A DNA stretch of 64,000 bases from positions 1-64,000 of IMG/VR virus record IMGVR_UViG_3300036760_000689; one strand, written 5' to 3'. This document shows, in pieces, positions 38,601 through 49,273 of this stretch. Made by a program: the position numbers and the translations under genes. The notes under the pieces are model-generated. The model ran no database searches. It was not told the DNA's origin and was given only the letters and a program-made list of their open reading frames with translations. The stretch is from a virus. Within the stretch, counting starts at the first letter, position 1. Each line of letters starts with the position of its first letter.

Positions 38601-41600
38601 TGCGCGCCGTGCCTGGGGAATTCAGCAGGGCGGACACAAAATCCGCATATAATTCCTGGGATTGTCGCCGCAACCTTATGTATCCAGGTCTAGCCTTCGT
38701 AAGGTCGTAAGGATGCCAGTATTCGCTGAGGAAGATGAGTTCCTTCCTGAGTTCCTTGGCTTTGGCCATCACCCCCGGCATAGTATTTTTCAGATAGGTG
38801 CTGAGAGTCGTGAGCCGACCTAGGAGATTACCACGCTTGAGCGTTGCGGTCGGCACCCAATCAACAAGGTGACCGATTTCATGAGCGAGTACGCGCGCTA
38901 AAACCTCTCTATTTCCCGGTTCGAATAATTCAGGGCGCAACTCGATATGTTCCTTCATCCGCTCGCCTACGAAGCGGCCGTAGCTTGTTCTCAGTCTCGT
39001 GCTTAATTTGATTGCTTCCTTTACTCCGTGTTGTGATGCGATCTGGATCAGATCATCGGCAAGATTCATCAGTTCCGGAGCTTGGATCCTGCCCCAAGCT
39101 TCAATCTCAAAGATATCGACGCTCCTATTGTCGTATGGAAGGATCCGAAACCGCCTCGTTCCATCGTTAATGATCCAACCTAATGTCCCCTTTGTGATCT
39201 TCGCCGCCGAGGAGAGATCAATATCGCTATTGGCTTTCATGTCATCAGTAATCGAGGTGGGAATGGTCCCGGAGGACATTGCCGTTTTGTCGGCTTGCGT
39301 CACAGCGCTTGTGAAGAGATAGGACGGTCCCAGTTCTTCCTCACGCGTCCATATCGGCATTTCCCTTTTTTTATACTCCGCAATTTCCGGGGGTTCTGGA
39401 AGTGGCGTATAAAGCGGATCCGCCAAGGGGCCGCTGACCAATTGGGGATCGGGATGCCCTTCAAATGCAGGCATATCGGCGACCTCGGGTTGTGCCGCGC
39501 CAGCATCCACAACCTCCTGTGCGACAGGAGTTCTCTTCTTCTTTCTTCTTCTGCCGACATTGATAATGTACGACGAGGCCAAGAAGGATCTCTTGCCTCC
39601 TGCACCATATCTGTTCGCAATTTCTGGACGTGTAGCTTCTAGGTCTTCAACAAGTCGTCCTGCGAGTTTTGCTTCTTCGTAAATGCCGATATAGAGGGTG
39701 GCCTTTTCCCGTTCTGCATGAAGGAGATCCCTGCGTGCGGCGATTGCCTTGCGTTTGTCCTCGGCCTCAGGGTTATAGTCTGGATGTTCCTTCATGAGCT
39801 GGGCAAGGTGCTCCTGGTGGGATTGCATCCTTCTGCGATCCCAATCCGACCCATAACCCTTGGCAATGTCATCCTCGAGTTCCTTGATGCGTTCCTGCCT
39901 ATTTTTGATGTCGTCTTCCATCACCTTCAGGTGGTGGAGAACTCTTTCCTCGACCTGATCTATTGCCTCAAGTTCGCCATCGACCGAATGAACGGCATGT
40001 TTGGCCCGATAGTAATCCAAGGTTGCCTGCGGGATGGCTGCGGCATCGGCCAATTGCCGGAAGTTTCTGCCATCCTCGTCGAAGTCAAGCATTTCATCCG
40101 CGTTCCCTCGATATACCTCTTTGATCCATACATCCTTGCCAGCAATGGTATCGTAGAGCTTGGCATCCGACGTTCCCCTTACCAAATAACGATGGATGCG
40201 AATGCTTTCGTTCCTATTCCCTTGCCGTAAGCCGCGCCCGTCCGCTTGTTCAAGTGCAGAACCTGTCCACGGGACATCGAAATGATGGACCTGAGTAGTA
40301 TCAGTTTGAAGGTTCATGCCCTCACCCATGGATTGCCTCGAACCGATCAGGAATCGGATTTTTCCCTCCGCGTTGGCCTGCTGAATTTTGAACTTGGCAT
40401 TGGCTCCGCTGTTAATCTGCCCATTGACGATGGCAATCTGACTTTCGGGAACACCAGAATCCATCAACTTCTGTTTGAAATGTTTGTGGATATTGACCAA
40501 CTCCACAAAATGCTTGGAATTCTGTTCCTTTTGCACACTATCTTCGTCGTCACCCTCTTCAATCTTTCCCTCTTCGGTATCTACCGGCTCCTCCAGATAA
40601 CCGCCACGATAAAGATCACAGAAGATAAGTTGAGTGTTCTCTCCGGTATCACCAGCGAGCACTTCTTTAACCACAGCCTCTAACTTCGAACCGGGACCCC
40701 CAAAGGAAGCAGCATACTTCCTGGGATCGAAGATCGCGGGATCTGCCGCTAGTTTTCGCGCGAGAGTCAGGACAGAGAGGTGATTGATACCTTCGGCAGC
40801 CGCCTGCTGCAGGTGATCGTTGACGTATTCTTGCAACCATGCGATGTAGCCAGCGCACTCCGTCACTGCGTCAGTTGGATCCAAAACATGGTCAATATAG
40901 ATTCCTTCGGGACGGGGGATCTTGAGATCTTCAATCGTTCGGAAATCAACATAGCGCCGGAAGATGGCTCTCAACTCGGTCAGATTCTTATATCCTGCCC
41001 AGACCGTCTTAGCCTTAGGCACTCCGGTTGCGGTCTGGACCTCACGCGTTTCAATCCGCCCGAATTGCCCCATGAAATCGCCAGCGTTCAGGATTCCCCG
41101 ACTCGTCCACTCTTCCGGTGCCACATAACCCATCATGGCGTAGATCTCAGAAGGATGATTCGGGGTCGGTGTGGCAGTGAGCATCCAAACATTCTGACCT
41201 TTTCGACCGCCCCTGCGCTCATGGATGTAGCGGGTCTTATATTGCATGTCAGCGGCACGTTGCGACCACTTTCCTGCACGCACGTAATCCGACATGTCAC
41301 CGTAATCCTTTGGAGTATTTTTGAATCGATGAGCCTCATCCACGATGATGGCGTCGGAACCAAGATCCTCGAAAAAGATTGTGTTAGTTCTTTTCATCTG
41401 CTGCAATTTCGCGAGTTTCTCTTCGTATTTCAGGATTTGATTCTGAATTTGGGTCTCGGTACGCTTATCCTTTTTTACCTGGACGGCCCGGAGACGATCT
41501 TCGAGTTTGCGGATATCTTCTTGAATGTATTCCTCAGACTTGCGTAGCGGGATCTCCTTCATACCTTCATGAGTTATCAAGATGAAATCGGCATCGGTTA

Positions 41601-44600
41601 CCGCTGCCCGTTGCAGCATCTTGTAGCGATTGGTGGCGTCCAAGCCAGAGAGGTCAATAATGGTGGCGTCTGGTAGCGCCTGATTGATTTCATATGCCCA
41701 ATTTTTCACCACCGCAGCCGGGACAGTAAGAATTGGCTTGCGCACCTTGTTGCGTTGTTTCAGGTGTTCTACCAGTAGGATGGCGGTCAAGGTTTTCCCG
41801 CCTCCTACACCATATGCAACGATTCCGCTACCGATGTGTGCTGCGCGCCCCACGCCTTGCCACTGATGCGCTTGAATCTTCAAGGGACTTCCCTTGAACA
41901 TCGTGCTCAGACCGTTAATGTCGAGTTGTTTATCGGAATAAAACCGTTCTCGAAAGGAACGATAACCTCGGTTATATTTCGGGATCACCCTATCAAACAG
42001 GCTGATATGCTGAAGACTCCAATCACGGAACATTTGAGCAAGAACGGCGTATGCCTTCTCGCCGTCTTCGTCGTAGATGGTTTTGGTTATTATCTCGCCC
42101 TTCGGATTTACCTCCCCGGTCGGCACTTCCTTCCTCACCCGGATATGCCGCATATAATTTTCGATTTGCTGGAAGTCTAGCCTGAAATCTTTTTCAATCG
42201 GCCTCGTTTTTTCCAGGCCAATCTCATCCTGATATTTTTCCGTTGACGGGATTCGTATATTCAGTTTCGCAGATGCTCTATCCGCCTCTAATGCCCAAAC
42301 CATCCTTCCGCGATCGCCATCCCAGACCTTTTCGGCACGGATGCGCCCGGGAGTGAGTTCCGCAAGCCAGTGCTGAATGACCCGATCCTCGATATATGCG
42401 GAGAAAGGATCGCTTCGGCGGATTATTTCATCGGCCTGCGCCTGTTCTGGAAGCACCGCCTTGAGCCTTATGAGCTGATCCGAAAGCGCGGTGAGGACGT
42501 TTGCCGCGCGGTTCCTTACTTCTGGCGTTTTTTGTCCCTCTGGTATCTGGTCGAGGCGGTTCTGAATATCGCCTGCCATCTGGGCAGTCTGATCGATCTT
42601 AGGCCAAATGGAACCATACAAATACTCCTCGTTGACCTCCATGATCGGCTTACCATCCTGATCCAGAGCGGCAATGCTGAAGTCTGGATGGCCCACGAGA
42701 TCTTCGGGCTTCATGGTTCCCTGATATCTCTGGGCAACCTCAGACCAGTTCATCTCTCCGGTGGTTTCGTAGACAAATTTTGCTGTGTCAACGAGATCTT
42801 CCTTGTTGTAATCCCGCACCTCTGGGGGTGGAACGTAGATGGAATTATTGGTAAAGATATCGCCGGGACTGCCATCAACATTGGTCAACGCTGCTAGTTT
42901 CCATATCCTGGGATCGGCAAACGGGAAAGGAGCACTCTGCGGTCCTCCACCGAGATATCTCCATAGGGTTTTATCTTTGGTTGGATCGCCGCTGGGATTG
43001 TCCTTTGGGGTGGCGTAAGTTCTTTTGTAGGCATCCAAGAGTGGTCTTACTTGCGCGCGGAGTTTGTCCGCCCCAGCGATATCATTGTCTCTGAGAGCGG
43101 TGAAAAGGTCATCCGCGAATTCGACTAGCCTCAATCCTTTGCGGACTCTCTCATGGGTTTTGCCCTCACGAGGCATTTCCGTGGCATGGAGGATAAAGCC
43201 GTCCTTGCTGGCATATCCGAACTTCTCTTTCTCTTCATCCCAGACAACCGTTCCGATTTTCATCCCCTGTGGGCGGTTGCCGAGGATTTCCCGATCTGCG
43301 GCCTCTTCCGTTGCGATCTTGGCGGCCTGCGTCTCCTTTGGGATATAGCGAATATCATCAGTCAGAGCATGCGCAATAGCTTGCAGGTATCTATCCTGAT
43401 CGGGAATCTTTTTCCCCCCTGGTCCTTCCTTCTGGAAAGGCCGCACACCCATCATCGTTGGATGCTGGACATTGTATCCAGCCTCGAGTGTCCCCCATAC
43501 CTTTTCGGGATGCTTCATATAGTAGGTCGAGACTTTCGCTCCAATGCCGCTTTCCTCTGGATCCAGAGCGTAGATGAACTCGTCCTGATACATGTTGTCC
43601 GTCCACGATTCCATTTCCTCTGGAGTTCTTTTCCTGAGAAAAATGATGTCGGTCGAACCTTCGTACTGGGTATTTTTGCTGAACTCACCGCCCGGAGTCC
43701 GGTAGGCACCAAGAAATTCAGCCCTCTTATTTATCTCCTTGCGAGGTTTCTCATTGCCCGTTTTGTCCATCGTCCCGATGCCGGTAATGAACATGACAAC
43801 GCCATTGGGCCGTGTCATGTCGAGAGATTTCACAAAGAAAAAATCGTGCATTTGGTGGATATCTTCGTATTCTTTTGCTTCATCTCTATAGCGGCAAGCG
43901 CCACGCGCCGCATTGAAGGGAACATTCGAAGAGAAGACATCAATATCCTTCCTTGGCGGATATTCCTCGAAATGAAGGTCCGAGATTTTTACATCGGGGA
44001 ACAAGAGCCGAGATACCTGGACGGCAAGCGGATCGATTTCCGTAGCAAAGATCTTGGAGTCCGCAGGGGCGAACCCCGAACTGCAATTACCAATACCATG
44101 GGCTGGATCCATGATGGTAAGATTGTCCATGGGGAAACCCATAGCACGGAGTTTATCCCACAAGAACACGGCCATCCGATACGAGGTGTAATGCTCGTAC
44201 AAGGTACCCCGTTCTTTGACCATGGCCGACAGGCCCCCGCTCCCAGTGTATTGACGCAGAAGGTTCTTCTCTTCATCTGTGAGTGGATCCCCTGGTTGCT
44301 TCGACTCCACGAGTTGGCGAACCTTCTCGTTAATCTCTATGCGCTGTCCGCGCGTAAGAACTACAGGAGGTCTCCCTCTGAATGTATATCGGGCGTCGCG
44401 TTGCGCTGACTCAAGATCTGCTGCCGGAGTTGTTCCTTTAACTCCTGGCTCGGTGGAAAGTTCAGCAGTAGGTCGTGGCTCAGGTCGCTCAGCAGGTTCG
44501 CCACCCCGCACCGCTCTACCACCTCCTTCGGCAAGCGGTCGATAATCTCCCGCGCCGCCTCGTCCGCCGCGTAAATCCTCGACATCTCCGTAACGTGCTC

Positions 44601-47600
44601 CATAAATGCCTCCGACCCCGCCTTCATAATCCTTGTTGCCTGTGACCGCCTCCCAGACATCTGGGAATAACGGTTCGAGATCTTCGCCCAGACCCTCGGC
44701 GATATCCTCCATATCGCGGTACAAGGTCGCATGCCATACGGCCTTATCAGCGACTCCGGTATTGTAATAGTCATCGCCTAGAGCTGTCATGGCGTCGAAG
44801 ATATCCGGGTCTGTCCGCAATTGCTCTCTTGTCGGCCCCTTGATCTCGATGCCCTCGACAGCCATCTCGGCGACCTCCGCCGCCCGCTTGCTGATTTTCT
44901 TGCGAATGATATCCCGCGCGCGCTTTGCCTTTTCGGATTGACTCTGAGGCACTGCCTCTGGTTCTGGAGGAAGTAATGGTCCGCCGCTGAGATTTGAGAG
45001 GGGATGCTCCGCCCCGAAGGTCGGCGGAGGCGCTTCGGGAGGAATCAGTTCCGTCTTATAACCTGCCCTCGTCGGGATAATCCTCGCCTTCGTCCATTGG
45101 ACTTCTGGAGGACCTTCGAGCGGAGGAGGCTCGAAAGTCACTTTTCCACCTAATGGTGTGATGTCCTTCAGACTGTATCCAGTCGCTTCTGCCAGCTCGT
45201 TTGCGATTTCCCACGCCTGTATGCCCTTTCTCATCTGACCCACGGAGGAAAGATATTTGGATGCATCGGAATAAAAGCGTGCAAGATCCAGGGCCTCATC
45301 CGGGTTGACGCTGAGAATCCCAACGGTCTGACTATTATCGACAGTGGCGGTTTTGAATTTGCCGGGATTTCTTCTCAGAAGATCTTCTCCGGTGTCCTTT
45401 TGACCTGTCGTTCGCAGTTTGATGCGGATCTGGGGCGCTTCTGGTTCAATCTCGGGAGGCGGTGACGGCAAAACCTCGCCACTGGCTGCACGTTTGAGAT
45501 CCCGCGCGTTATCGGCAAACTTCGCCAAAGAAGGGCTGCCGCTTTCGGGAATACCTTTCAGGTCTCTGATTTGAATGATCCTAATCCTGATCTGGGCAAT
45601 GCTCCAGTCCGCCTTACCGCCCAGGGTTTGCTTGATCTCATCGGCCAACCGTGGAAGCGATTTGCCATCGAGCAAGCCTTCGATGATAGGTTCCGCAATG
45701 TCGAGATTGATGGCCTGCTGGAGAAAGGATTCGGCCATTCTCTGTTTCGCAGGTGTAAGGACCGTATTGGGCAGATCGGCTGCATAACTGAAGAGTTGGA
45801 TGGGAGCTTTGCCTTCGGGCGCAAGCGGTGGTTCCAACGTTGGACTTATTTCCTCGCCCTCACGCGGACGGGCTAAGCCAATATATAGGTTGCCATTTTC
45901 ATCTTCTACAAACTTCGATAAATCCTCTCCGGGCAACGGTCGGGGACCATCATAACCGCCAAGAACCAAGTGTCCTGCACGTGCCAGTCGAAACACAGCA
46001 GCATCGAACACCCCTCGTGTCATGGTCGGAAACTGCTTTCGGACTTCATCTACCGCGACAAAGTTCCCCAGTCTTGTCTCTGTCTCCCATTCCGCATCCG
46101 CCATGCCCTTAAGGAAAGCATTTTCCTCTCCGGGGACAGGTTCCAGAGGCGGAATCTCTGCCTCGGCAGCCGCAGGCAACACTTCCTCAGGCGGTTCTGC
46201 CAACGTCATAGATACCAGTCTTCGTTCCAGCTTCCTGTCGGGGAGTCGCGGTGGGCGACCCGACTCGGAAATTCGCATGACATCCTTGGCCCAGCGTCCC
46301 ACAGATCTGCCATCGGGCATCCTTATCGTGAGACGTTGCCTACCCTGGAAATCAGCGATATTGGTGATCCTACCGATACCAAGATCGACATCGGCATCTG
46401 TGAAGATGTCACTCTCAGTGAAGATATTGTTTTTAGGTTCATTCTTGGCCAGAATGCTCTGTGCTTGTTCTGGTCGAAGGCGGCCGATGATATTGTCGCT
46501 ATAATCCAATCCGCGCAACTTATCTTCCTGGTCTCGAGTGATCACAAATGCCGCCAAAGGTTGCGGCGTAGGTTCTTGAGCTTTCTCGATTTCTTCGGCT
46601 GCAACAGCAAATTTGGCGCGGGTGTCCTTCAACTCATCGGCGATCTTTTCTCCCGGCTTGACCGCGAACGTCGATCCAGTTTGCGTGTCAGTATAAAGGA
46701 AGAATACGGTATTGCCTTGTAGATCTTGCTGTGGGCCGTTATAGACGACGCCTTCTGGAAGTTCTTCCATCTCATGAGGCGCTGCCACCTTGCCGATATC
46801 CTCGGGTCTAGGCAATGGTTCTGGCTGAGGAGCCACTGGAATCGGCGGTTTAATTGGTAACTCCGTTGGCGGAATTTCGGTCACTGTCGGAAGCATCCCT
46901 AGCGGTGCCTCGGGCGCTGCCGCCGCGACCTCGGGTTCAACTGTTTTGCCGGAAAATTCATTGGCCCTGCGCGCGGCATCTGTCAGATCTTCTGGGGTAA
47001 TCCCAGCGACAATCTGTTTGCGTTCTTGACCGCTCATATCGGCAAAACCTACGGTCATTTCGGAAGGTGTCATGGCGCGCCCATATTTGGCCTGAAACGC
47101 GCGCGCGATTGACGGAATGTGGAATCCGGCGATCTGGAGAAATGTTATGAAACCATCTTCACCAGCAGCAGAAAGTCGTGTTGCGAGATTTCCGGGGGTC
47201 TCCACCGCTGTAATGCCAGCCGCCGCCAGACCATAGGATACCGCGCTCTGGAGAGCCGTTCCGATTGAGGTGCGATGCGTTTCGTTCGCGTAATCCTCGA
47301 TAAACTTCTTGAACTGTTCATATTCTGGATAACGCGCGCGGGCCATATCACGAATGGTGTCCACAACCGAAAAGCGAAAGGCATTGGGATCCACCATGCC
47401 CCTATTAACGGCATCGCCGACCCACGCACGCGCTACCGCCTGCGCCGCGAGCAAATCCTCTTTTGTGGCCGTAGTAGGATCAAGGAGCGTGCCAGACCAT
47501 CCCGCCCTGGATGCCGCCAACAACTCCGCTTGTATCTTGATGGTTTCGGCTTCCTCTTTGTTAGCGACCGTCGCCATCCCGCGAAGTAATTGCGATATCT

Positions 47601-49266
47601 TTGGATCCGTGATATCCATTTTGAAGGTTTGGGCAAGATTCCTGATTCCCGGTGCATATTTCAGAACTTCGCCACCGACGCCGAAGGCAACTGCCCTTGC
47701 GATAGCATTGGGGACACTTTCCCCTCTTCCGAGCGCCGTAATAGTTCCGGCTGTAGCCAAAGCCAAACTATTCTCTGCCCCGGCGATTCCTCGAACGGCC
47801 CAGGATAATTTGTTGGGATTTTCCAGTCCCCATAGGAGTGTCTTTTCGAAGTTGGGATTTTTTAGGGCCTGTTGGGCCAAAACCTTGACGGCTAACTTTG
47901 CCGATGTCTGATCAACTTCCTTAATGGCTTTCACGGCTTCGATGGCTTTCTTGGCCGCTGGCAATACACGGAGCCGTTCAAGCCAATTGGCCACAACAGG
48001 AATCTGCCCGATCTTGCCGGATATCCCGATCATTTCGGCCATGGTACCGCCGCCAAGAAATGCCATACTGCCAAGGAATCCTGGAACGCCAGCAACCATT
48101 CGTACCAGTTCCTCGCCCTTATATTCTTCGGGTTGGAATTTGCCGATGTTGTAAGCCCAAGCATTGCCAAAACTTTCGATCGCAGAGACGTAGATTTTTT
48201 CCGCCAGGGAAGGTTGGCCATAACCTTCGGGGACCTCCCCATAGCGCATCGCCGCCGCTTGCTCTGGGGGTAACGCGCTGATGAAGGGGCCTTTGGCAGT
48301 CTTCATCCGATCCATCATGGCGCGAAGGTCTTTATCTACAGGAGCGCCAGCAACTTTGATAGCGCCGATCTCTTGACCCAGGGTAATCAGATCACCCAGA
48401 GCCTTTATCTTCGGGCCGGCCTCACCAATGACCGATCTGATTTTGGTGACTCTCGAGTTATATTCGTTCACATCCTCTCTGTTGGTTGTATCAGGTCCAC
48501 CCGGCCACCTATCTTTGATTTCGGCGGAGAGAAGATCGATATCCTGTCTATGGACTCCAATTTCCCTTGAGAGTCGGTCGATATCTCCGCCGACTTCCCT
48601 TTGTTCGGGCGGTTTCCCAACCTTTGTACTCGGCACTGGCATGGGTGGCTGTTTATTCAGCCAATCCTGAAATGATTCCCGTTTCTCGAACTGAGGGACC
48701 GCAGGATATTTTAGCCGTTCGGAAATCTCAGGAGGCGGAGCAAGTGGGGCTGAAACAGCAGGTGCGACTTGGGGAGTTGGTTCAGGAGGCGGAGCGAATG
48801 TGGCTGGAATGCCTGGACCAGAAGGAACAACGGCACGCATTCTCTGAGTCGGGGAAACAAATGCTCCTGTAATCAGGTCTTCCGTCTGTCTGACTTTCTG
48901 CTTTGTCCAGTTCAACAGGTCATCTAACCACCAAGTTTCCTTCGTCTCAGGTGTGTTCTTGAAATAGTCGTTCCACGTCCCCTTATCGACATTCAGTTCA
49001 TTATCCTGGCCTTCTTTGGGGGCATTGGCGAACTCTGGCGACACCTTGTTCAGAATATATCTGCGGGTTTCCATGTCTAACTGATGGAACCAATCCTGAG
49101 TTAGCACATCCTTGGGTTTGATCGAGGCCCAATCTGGTTGAGACACCTTGGCCTTTGGAGGCGCGACTGGCGTCTTCGGAGGGACAGGTGGTTTCGGTTC
49201 TTGATCCTGCGATCCTTCATTATCAGGAGGAAGAGGCAGAGGTTGGTCGAACAGATTTGCGGCCAT
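35677..49266 (-). CDS. Giant polyvalent DarB-like protein: adenine MTase + SF2/SNF2 helicase + zincin metallopeptidase + C-terminal LPD38-like region
   Basis: YTGSGG, MDPAHGIG, SNVPF; YGVGGGKT, VDEAH, LTATP, GEGMNLQ, QADGRGLRQGN; LAHEIGH. Confidence 0.85.
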   Translation of the reverse strand: MAANLFDQPLPLPPDNEGSQDQEPKPPVPPKTPVAPPKAKVSQPDWASIKPKDVLTQDWFHQLDMETRRYILNKVSPEFANAPKEGQDNELNVDKGTWNDYFKNTPETKETWWLDDLLNWTKQKVRQTEDLITGAFVSPTQRMRAVVPSGPGIPATFAPPPEPTPQVAPAVSAPLAPPPEISERLKYPAVPQFEKRESFQDWLNKQPPMPVPSTKVGKPPEQREVGGDIDRLSREIGVHRQDIDLLSAEIKDRWPGGPDTTNREDVNEYNSRVTKIRSVIGEAGPKIKALGDLITLGQEIGAIKVAGAPVDKDLRAMMDRMKTAKGPFISALPPEQAAAMRYGEVPEGYGQPSLAEKIYVSAIESFGNAWAYNIGKFQPEEYKGEELVRMVAGVPGFLGSMAFLGGGTMAEMIGISGKIGQIPVVANWLERLRVLPAAKKAIEAVKAIKEVDQTSAKLAVKVLAQQALKNPNFEKTLLWGLENPNKLSWAVRGIAGAENSLALATAGTITALGRGESVPNAIARAVAFGVGGEVLKYAPGIRNLAQTFKMDITDPKISQLLRGMATVANKEEAETIKIQAELLAASRAGWSGTLLDPTTATKEDLLAAQAVARAWVGDAVNRGMVDPNAFRFSVVDTIRDMARARYPEYEQFKKFIEDYANETHRTSIGTALQSAVSYGLAAAGITAVETPGNLATRLSAAGEDGFITFLQIAGFHIPSIARAFQAKYGRAMTPSEMTVGFADMSGQERKQIVAGITPEDLTDAARRANEFSGKTVEPEVAAAAPEAPLGMLPTVTEIPPTELPIKPPIPVAPQPEPLPRPEDIGKVAAPHEMEELPEGVVYNGPQQDLQGNTVFFLYTDTQTGSTFAVKPGEKIADELKDTRAKFAVAAEEIEKAQEPTPQPLAAFVITRDQEDKLRGLDYSDNIIGRLRPEQAQSILAKNEPKNNIFTESDIFTDADVDLGIGRITNIADFQGRQRLTIRMPDGRSVGRWAKDVMRISESGRPPRLPDRKLERRLVSMTLAEPPEEVLPAAAEAEIPPLEPVPGEENAFLKGMADAEWETETRLGNFVAVDEVRKQFPTMTRGVFDAAVFRLARAGHLVLGGYDGPRPLPGEDLSKFVEDENGNLYIGLARPREGEEISPTLEPPLAPEGKAPIQLFSYAADLPNTVLTPAKQRMAESFLQQAINLDIAEPIIEGLLDGKSLPRLADEIKQTLGGKADWSIAQIRIRIIQIRDLKGIPESGSPSLAKFADNARDLKRAASGEVLPSPPPEIEPEAPQIRIKLRTTGQKDTGEDLLRRNPGKFKTATVDNSQTVGILSVNPDEALDLARFYSDASKYLSSVGQMRKGIQAWEIANELAEATGYSLKDITPLGGKVTFEPPPLEGPPEVQWTKARIIPTRAGYKTELIPPEAPPPTFGAEHPLSNLSGGPLLPPEPEAVPQSQSEKAKRARDIIRKKISKRAAEVAEMAVEGIEIKGPTREQLRTDPDIFDAMTALGDDYYNTGVADKAVWHATLYRDMEDIAEGLGEDLEPLFPDVWEAVTGNKDYEGGVGGIYGARYGDVEDLRGGRGGAGDYRPLAEGGGRAVRGGEPAERPEPRPTAELSTEPGVKGTTPAADLESAQRDARYTFRGRPPVVLTRGQRIEINEKVRQLVESKQPGDPLTDEEKNLLRQYTGSGGLSAMVKERGTLYEHYTSYRMAVFLWDKLRAMGFPMDNLTIMDPAHGIGNCSSGFAPADSKIFATEIDPLAVQVSRLLFPDVKISDLHFEEYPPRKDIDVFSSNVPFNAARGACRYRDEAKEYEDIHQMHDFFFVKSLDMTRPNGVVMFITGIGTMDKTGNEKPRKEINKRAEFLGAYRTPGGEFSKNTQYEGSTDIIFLRKRTPEEMESWTDNMYQDEFIYALDPEESGIGAKVSTYYMKHPEKVWGTLEAGYNVQHPTMMGVRPFQKEGPGGKKIPDQDRYLQAIAHALTDDIRYIPKETQAAKIATEEAADREILGNRPQGMKIGTVVWDEEKEKFGYASKDGFILHATEMPREGKTHERVRKGLRLVEFADDLFTALRDNDIAGADKLRAQVRPLLDAYKRTYATPKDNPSGDPTKDKTLWRYLGGGPQSAPFPFADPRIWKLAALTNVDGSPGDIFTNNSIYVPPPEVRDYNKEDLVDTAKFVYETTGEMNWSEVAQRYQGTMKPEDLVGHPDFSIAALDQDGKPIMEVNEEYLYGSIWPKIDQTAQMAGDIQNRLDQIPEGQKTPEVRNRAANVLTALSDQLIRLKAVLPEQAQADEIIRRSDPFSAYIEDRVIQHWLAELTPGRIRAEKVWDGDRGRMVWALEADRASAKLNIRIPSTEKYQDEIGLEKTRPIEKDFRLDFQQIENYMRHIRVRKEVPTGEVNPKGEIITKTIYDEDGEKAYAVLAQMFRDWSLQHISLFDRVIPKYNRGYRSFRERFYSDKQLDINGLSTMFKGSPLKIQAHQWQGVGRAAHIGSGIVAYGVGGGKTLTAILLVEHLKQRNKVRKPILTVPAAVVKNWAYEINQALPDATIIDLSGLDATNRYKMLQRAAVTDADFILITHEGMKEIPLRKSEEYIQEDIRKLEDRLRAVQVKKDKRTETQIQNQILKYEEKLAKLQQMKRTNTIFFEDLGSDAIIVDEAHRFKNTPKDYGDMSDYVRAGKWSQRAADMQYKTRYIHERRGGRKGQNVWMLTATPTPNHPSEIYAMMGYVAPEEWTSRGILNAGDFMGQFGRIETREVQTATGVPKAKTVWAGYKNLTELRAIFRRYVDFRTIEDLKIPRPEGIYIDHVLDPTDAVTECAGYIAWLQEYVNDHLQQAAAEGINHLSVLTLARKLAADPAIFDPRKYAASFGGPGSKLEAVVKEVLAGDTGENTQLIFCDLYRGGYLEEPVDTEEGKIEEGDDEDSVQKEQNSKHFVELVNIHKHFKQKLMDSGVPESQIAIVNGQINSGANAKFKIQQANAEGKIRFLIGSRQSMGEGMNLQTDTTQVHHFDVPWTGSALEQADGRGLRQGNRNESIRIHRYLVRGTSDAKLYDTIAGKDVWIKEVYRGNADEMLDFDEDGRNFRQLADAAAIPQATLDYYRAKHAVHSVDGELEAIDQVEERVLHHLKVMEDDIKNRQERIKELEDDIAKGYGSDWDRRRMQSHQEHLAQLMKEHPDYNPEAEDKRKAIAARRDLLHAEREKATLYIGIYEEAKLAGRLVEDLEATRPEIANRYGAGGKRSFLASSYIINVGRRRKKKRTPVAQEVVDAGAAQPEVADMPAFEGHPDPQLVSGPLADPLYTPLPEPPEIAEYKKREMPIWTREEELGPSYLFTSAVTQADKTAMSSGTIPTSITDDMKANSDIDLSSAAKITKGTLGWIINDGTRRFRILPYDNRSVDIFEIEAWGRIQAPELMNLADDLIQIASQHGVKEAIKLSTRLRTSYGRFVGERMKEHIELRPELFEPGNREVLARVLAHEIGHLVDWVPTATLKRGNLLGRLTTLSTYLKNTMPGVMAKAKELRKELIFLSEYWHPYDLTKARPGYIRLRRQSQELYADFVSALLNSPGTARKYAPKFYREFHAHMDTKPDVKTEYLKLRAMMAGATEEKLDDRLVRTLGMLVDAERSSAAVELKEPLKGQGFIGSVKGKLVYRLWMLDKHIEGLLKYKPTAIDDKDNPEIKYDALPFNIANRTWEFADRVNREIMQEIIEKAGITIEDLGFKASDLPSIAGTIYQDLTAEHYGPHIVLGLYMYLHRTATGRADVANPKIVGGEFAAETLDRFQERIGPEKFAALEQAAHAYEDITWELVEKGFDLQIYPERARKKFEEDKYNYVKFVAEKYIDQYVSPTVKAQIGYTGAFENPILSDLKMRFALIKMIVVYGARRSFIENWKQFWPDEIYKAKRQHPTDIAVTWERPVDANGKAVEGFDIVEMMEDGRRQGYWVDKYLADGINHPNAEALQDWAQWMNLVHKLWWKVIILYNLSFGAFGNPVRDFVKNFRALPFELLPGNMLQKLWREWGAGDFTYLLDAYRRSFIHVYRHMKNHGDPLLREMIRNDEISAPTLEAPETEYEHDAFNLTMKRAGIYRPNGTLDKRATIRMYRGAKNVLGGLAYVAEFAETLGKVSGHQVRVAAGETGPRLGMNMRRNTGTPAWYRKGSWGQTFNRLLAFPTMFIQGWHSEINLIADPVTRSGFFHRTMKVLSVLIAANLIFGYYAVKIFGPYWGKKIKWAWDGITGYKKRMYLNVLFGLNRLGEAISFQVPLDEGCRMLWGIINELMDGYAKDDPEMLTNIYNHVVSQLPSPTPWIQIPITVGRALAGQNPPDTYRGMPIFPRDVYEAGDKPAMAGKLVLFSLNQLGLGNFQTYDISNKSFYQILTQIDPTVGRLAGRVINESTGYGHTEEERRPERLQLKEQAQSREAKRGAGAEVADFFIANAEVTRDKRVRDYQMKKGMSYAEASQLYPNAFFAPKFAGCARILTAYQKQIDAMQKNPKYTKTQIDTFIRTKQAQMNAIAKKTLQEYKATKVRRMMPPPTGESPLRLPEPPE

Positions 49267-49273
49267 TGATTCC

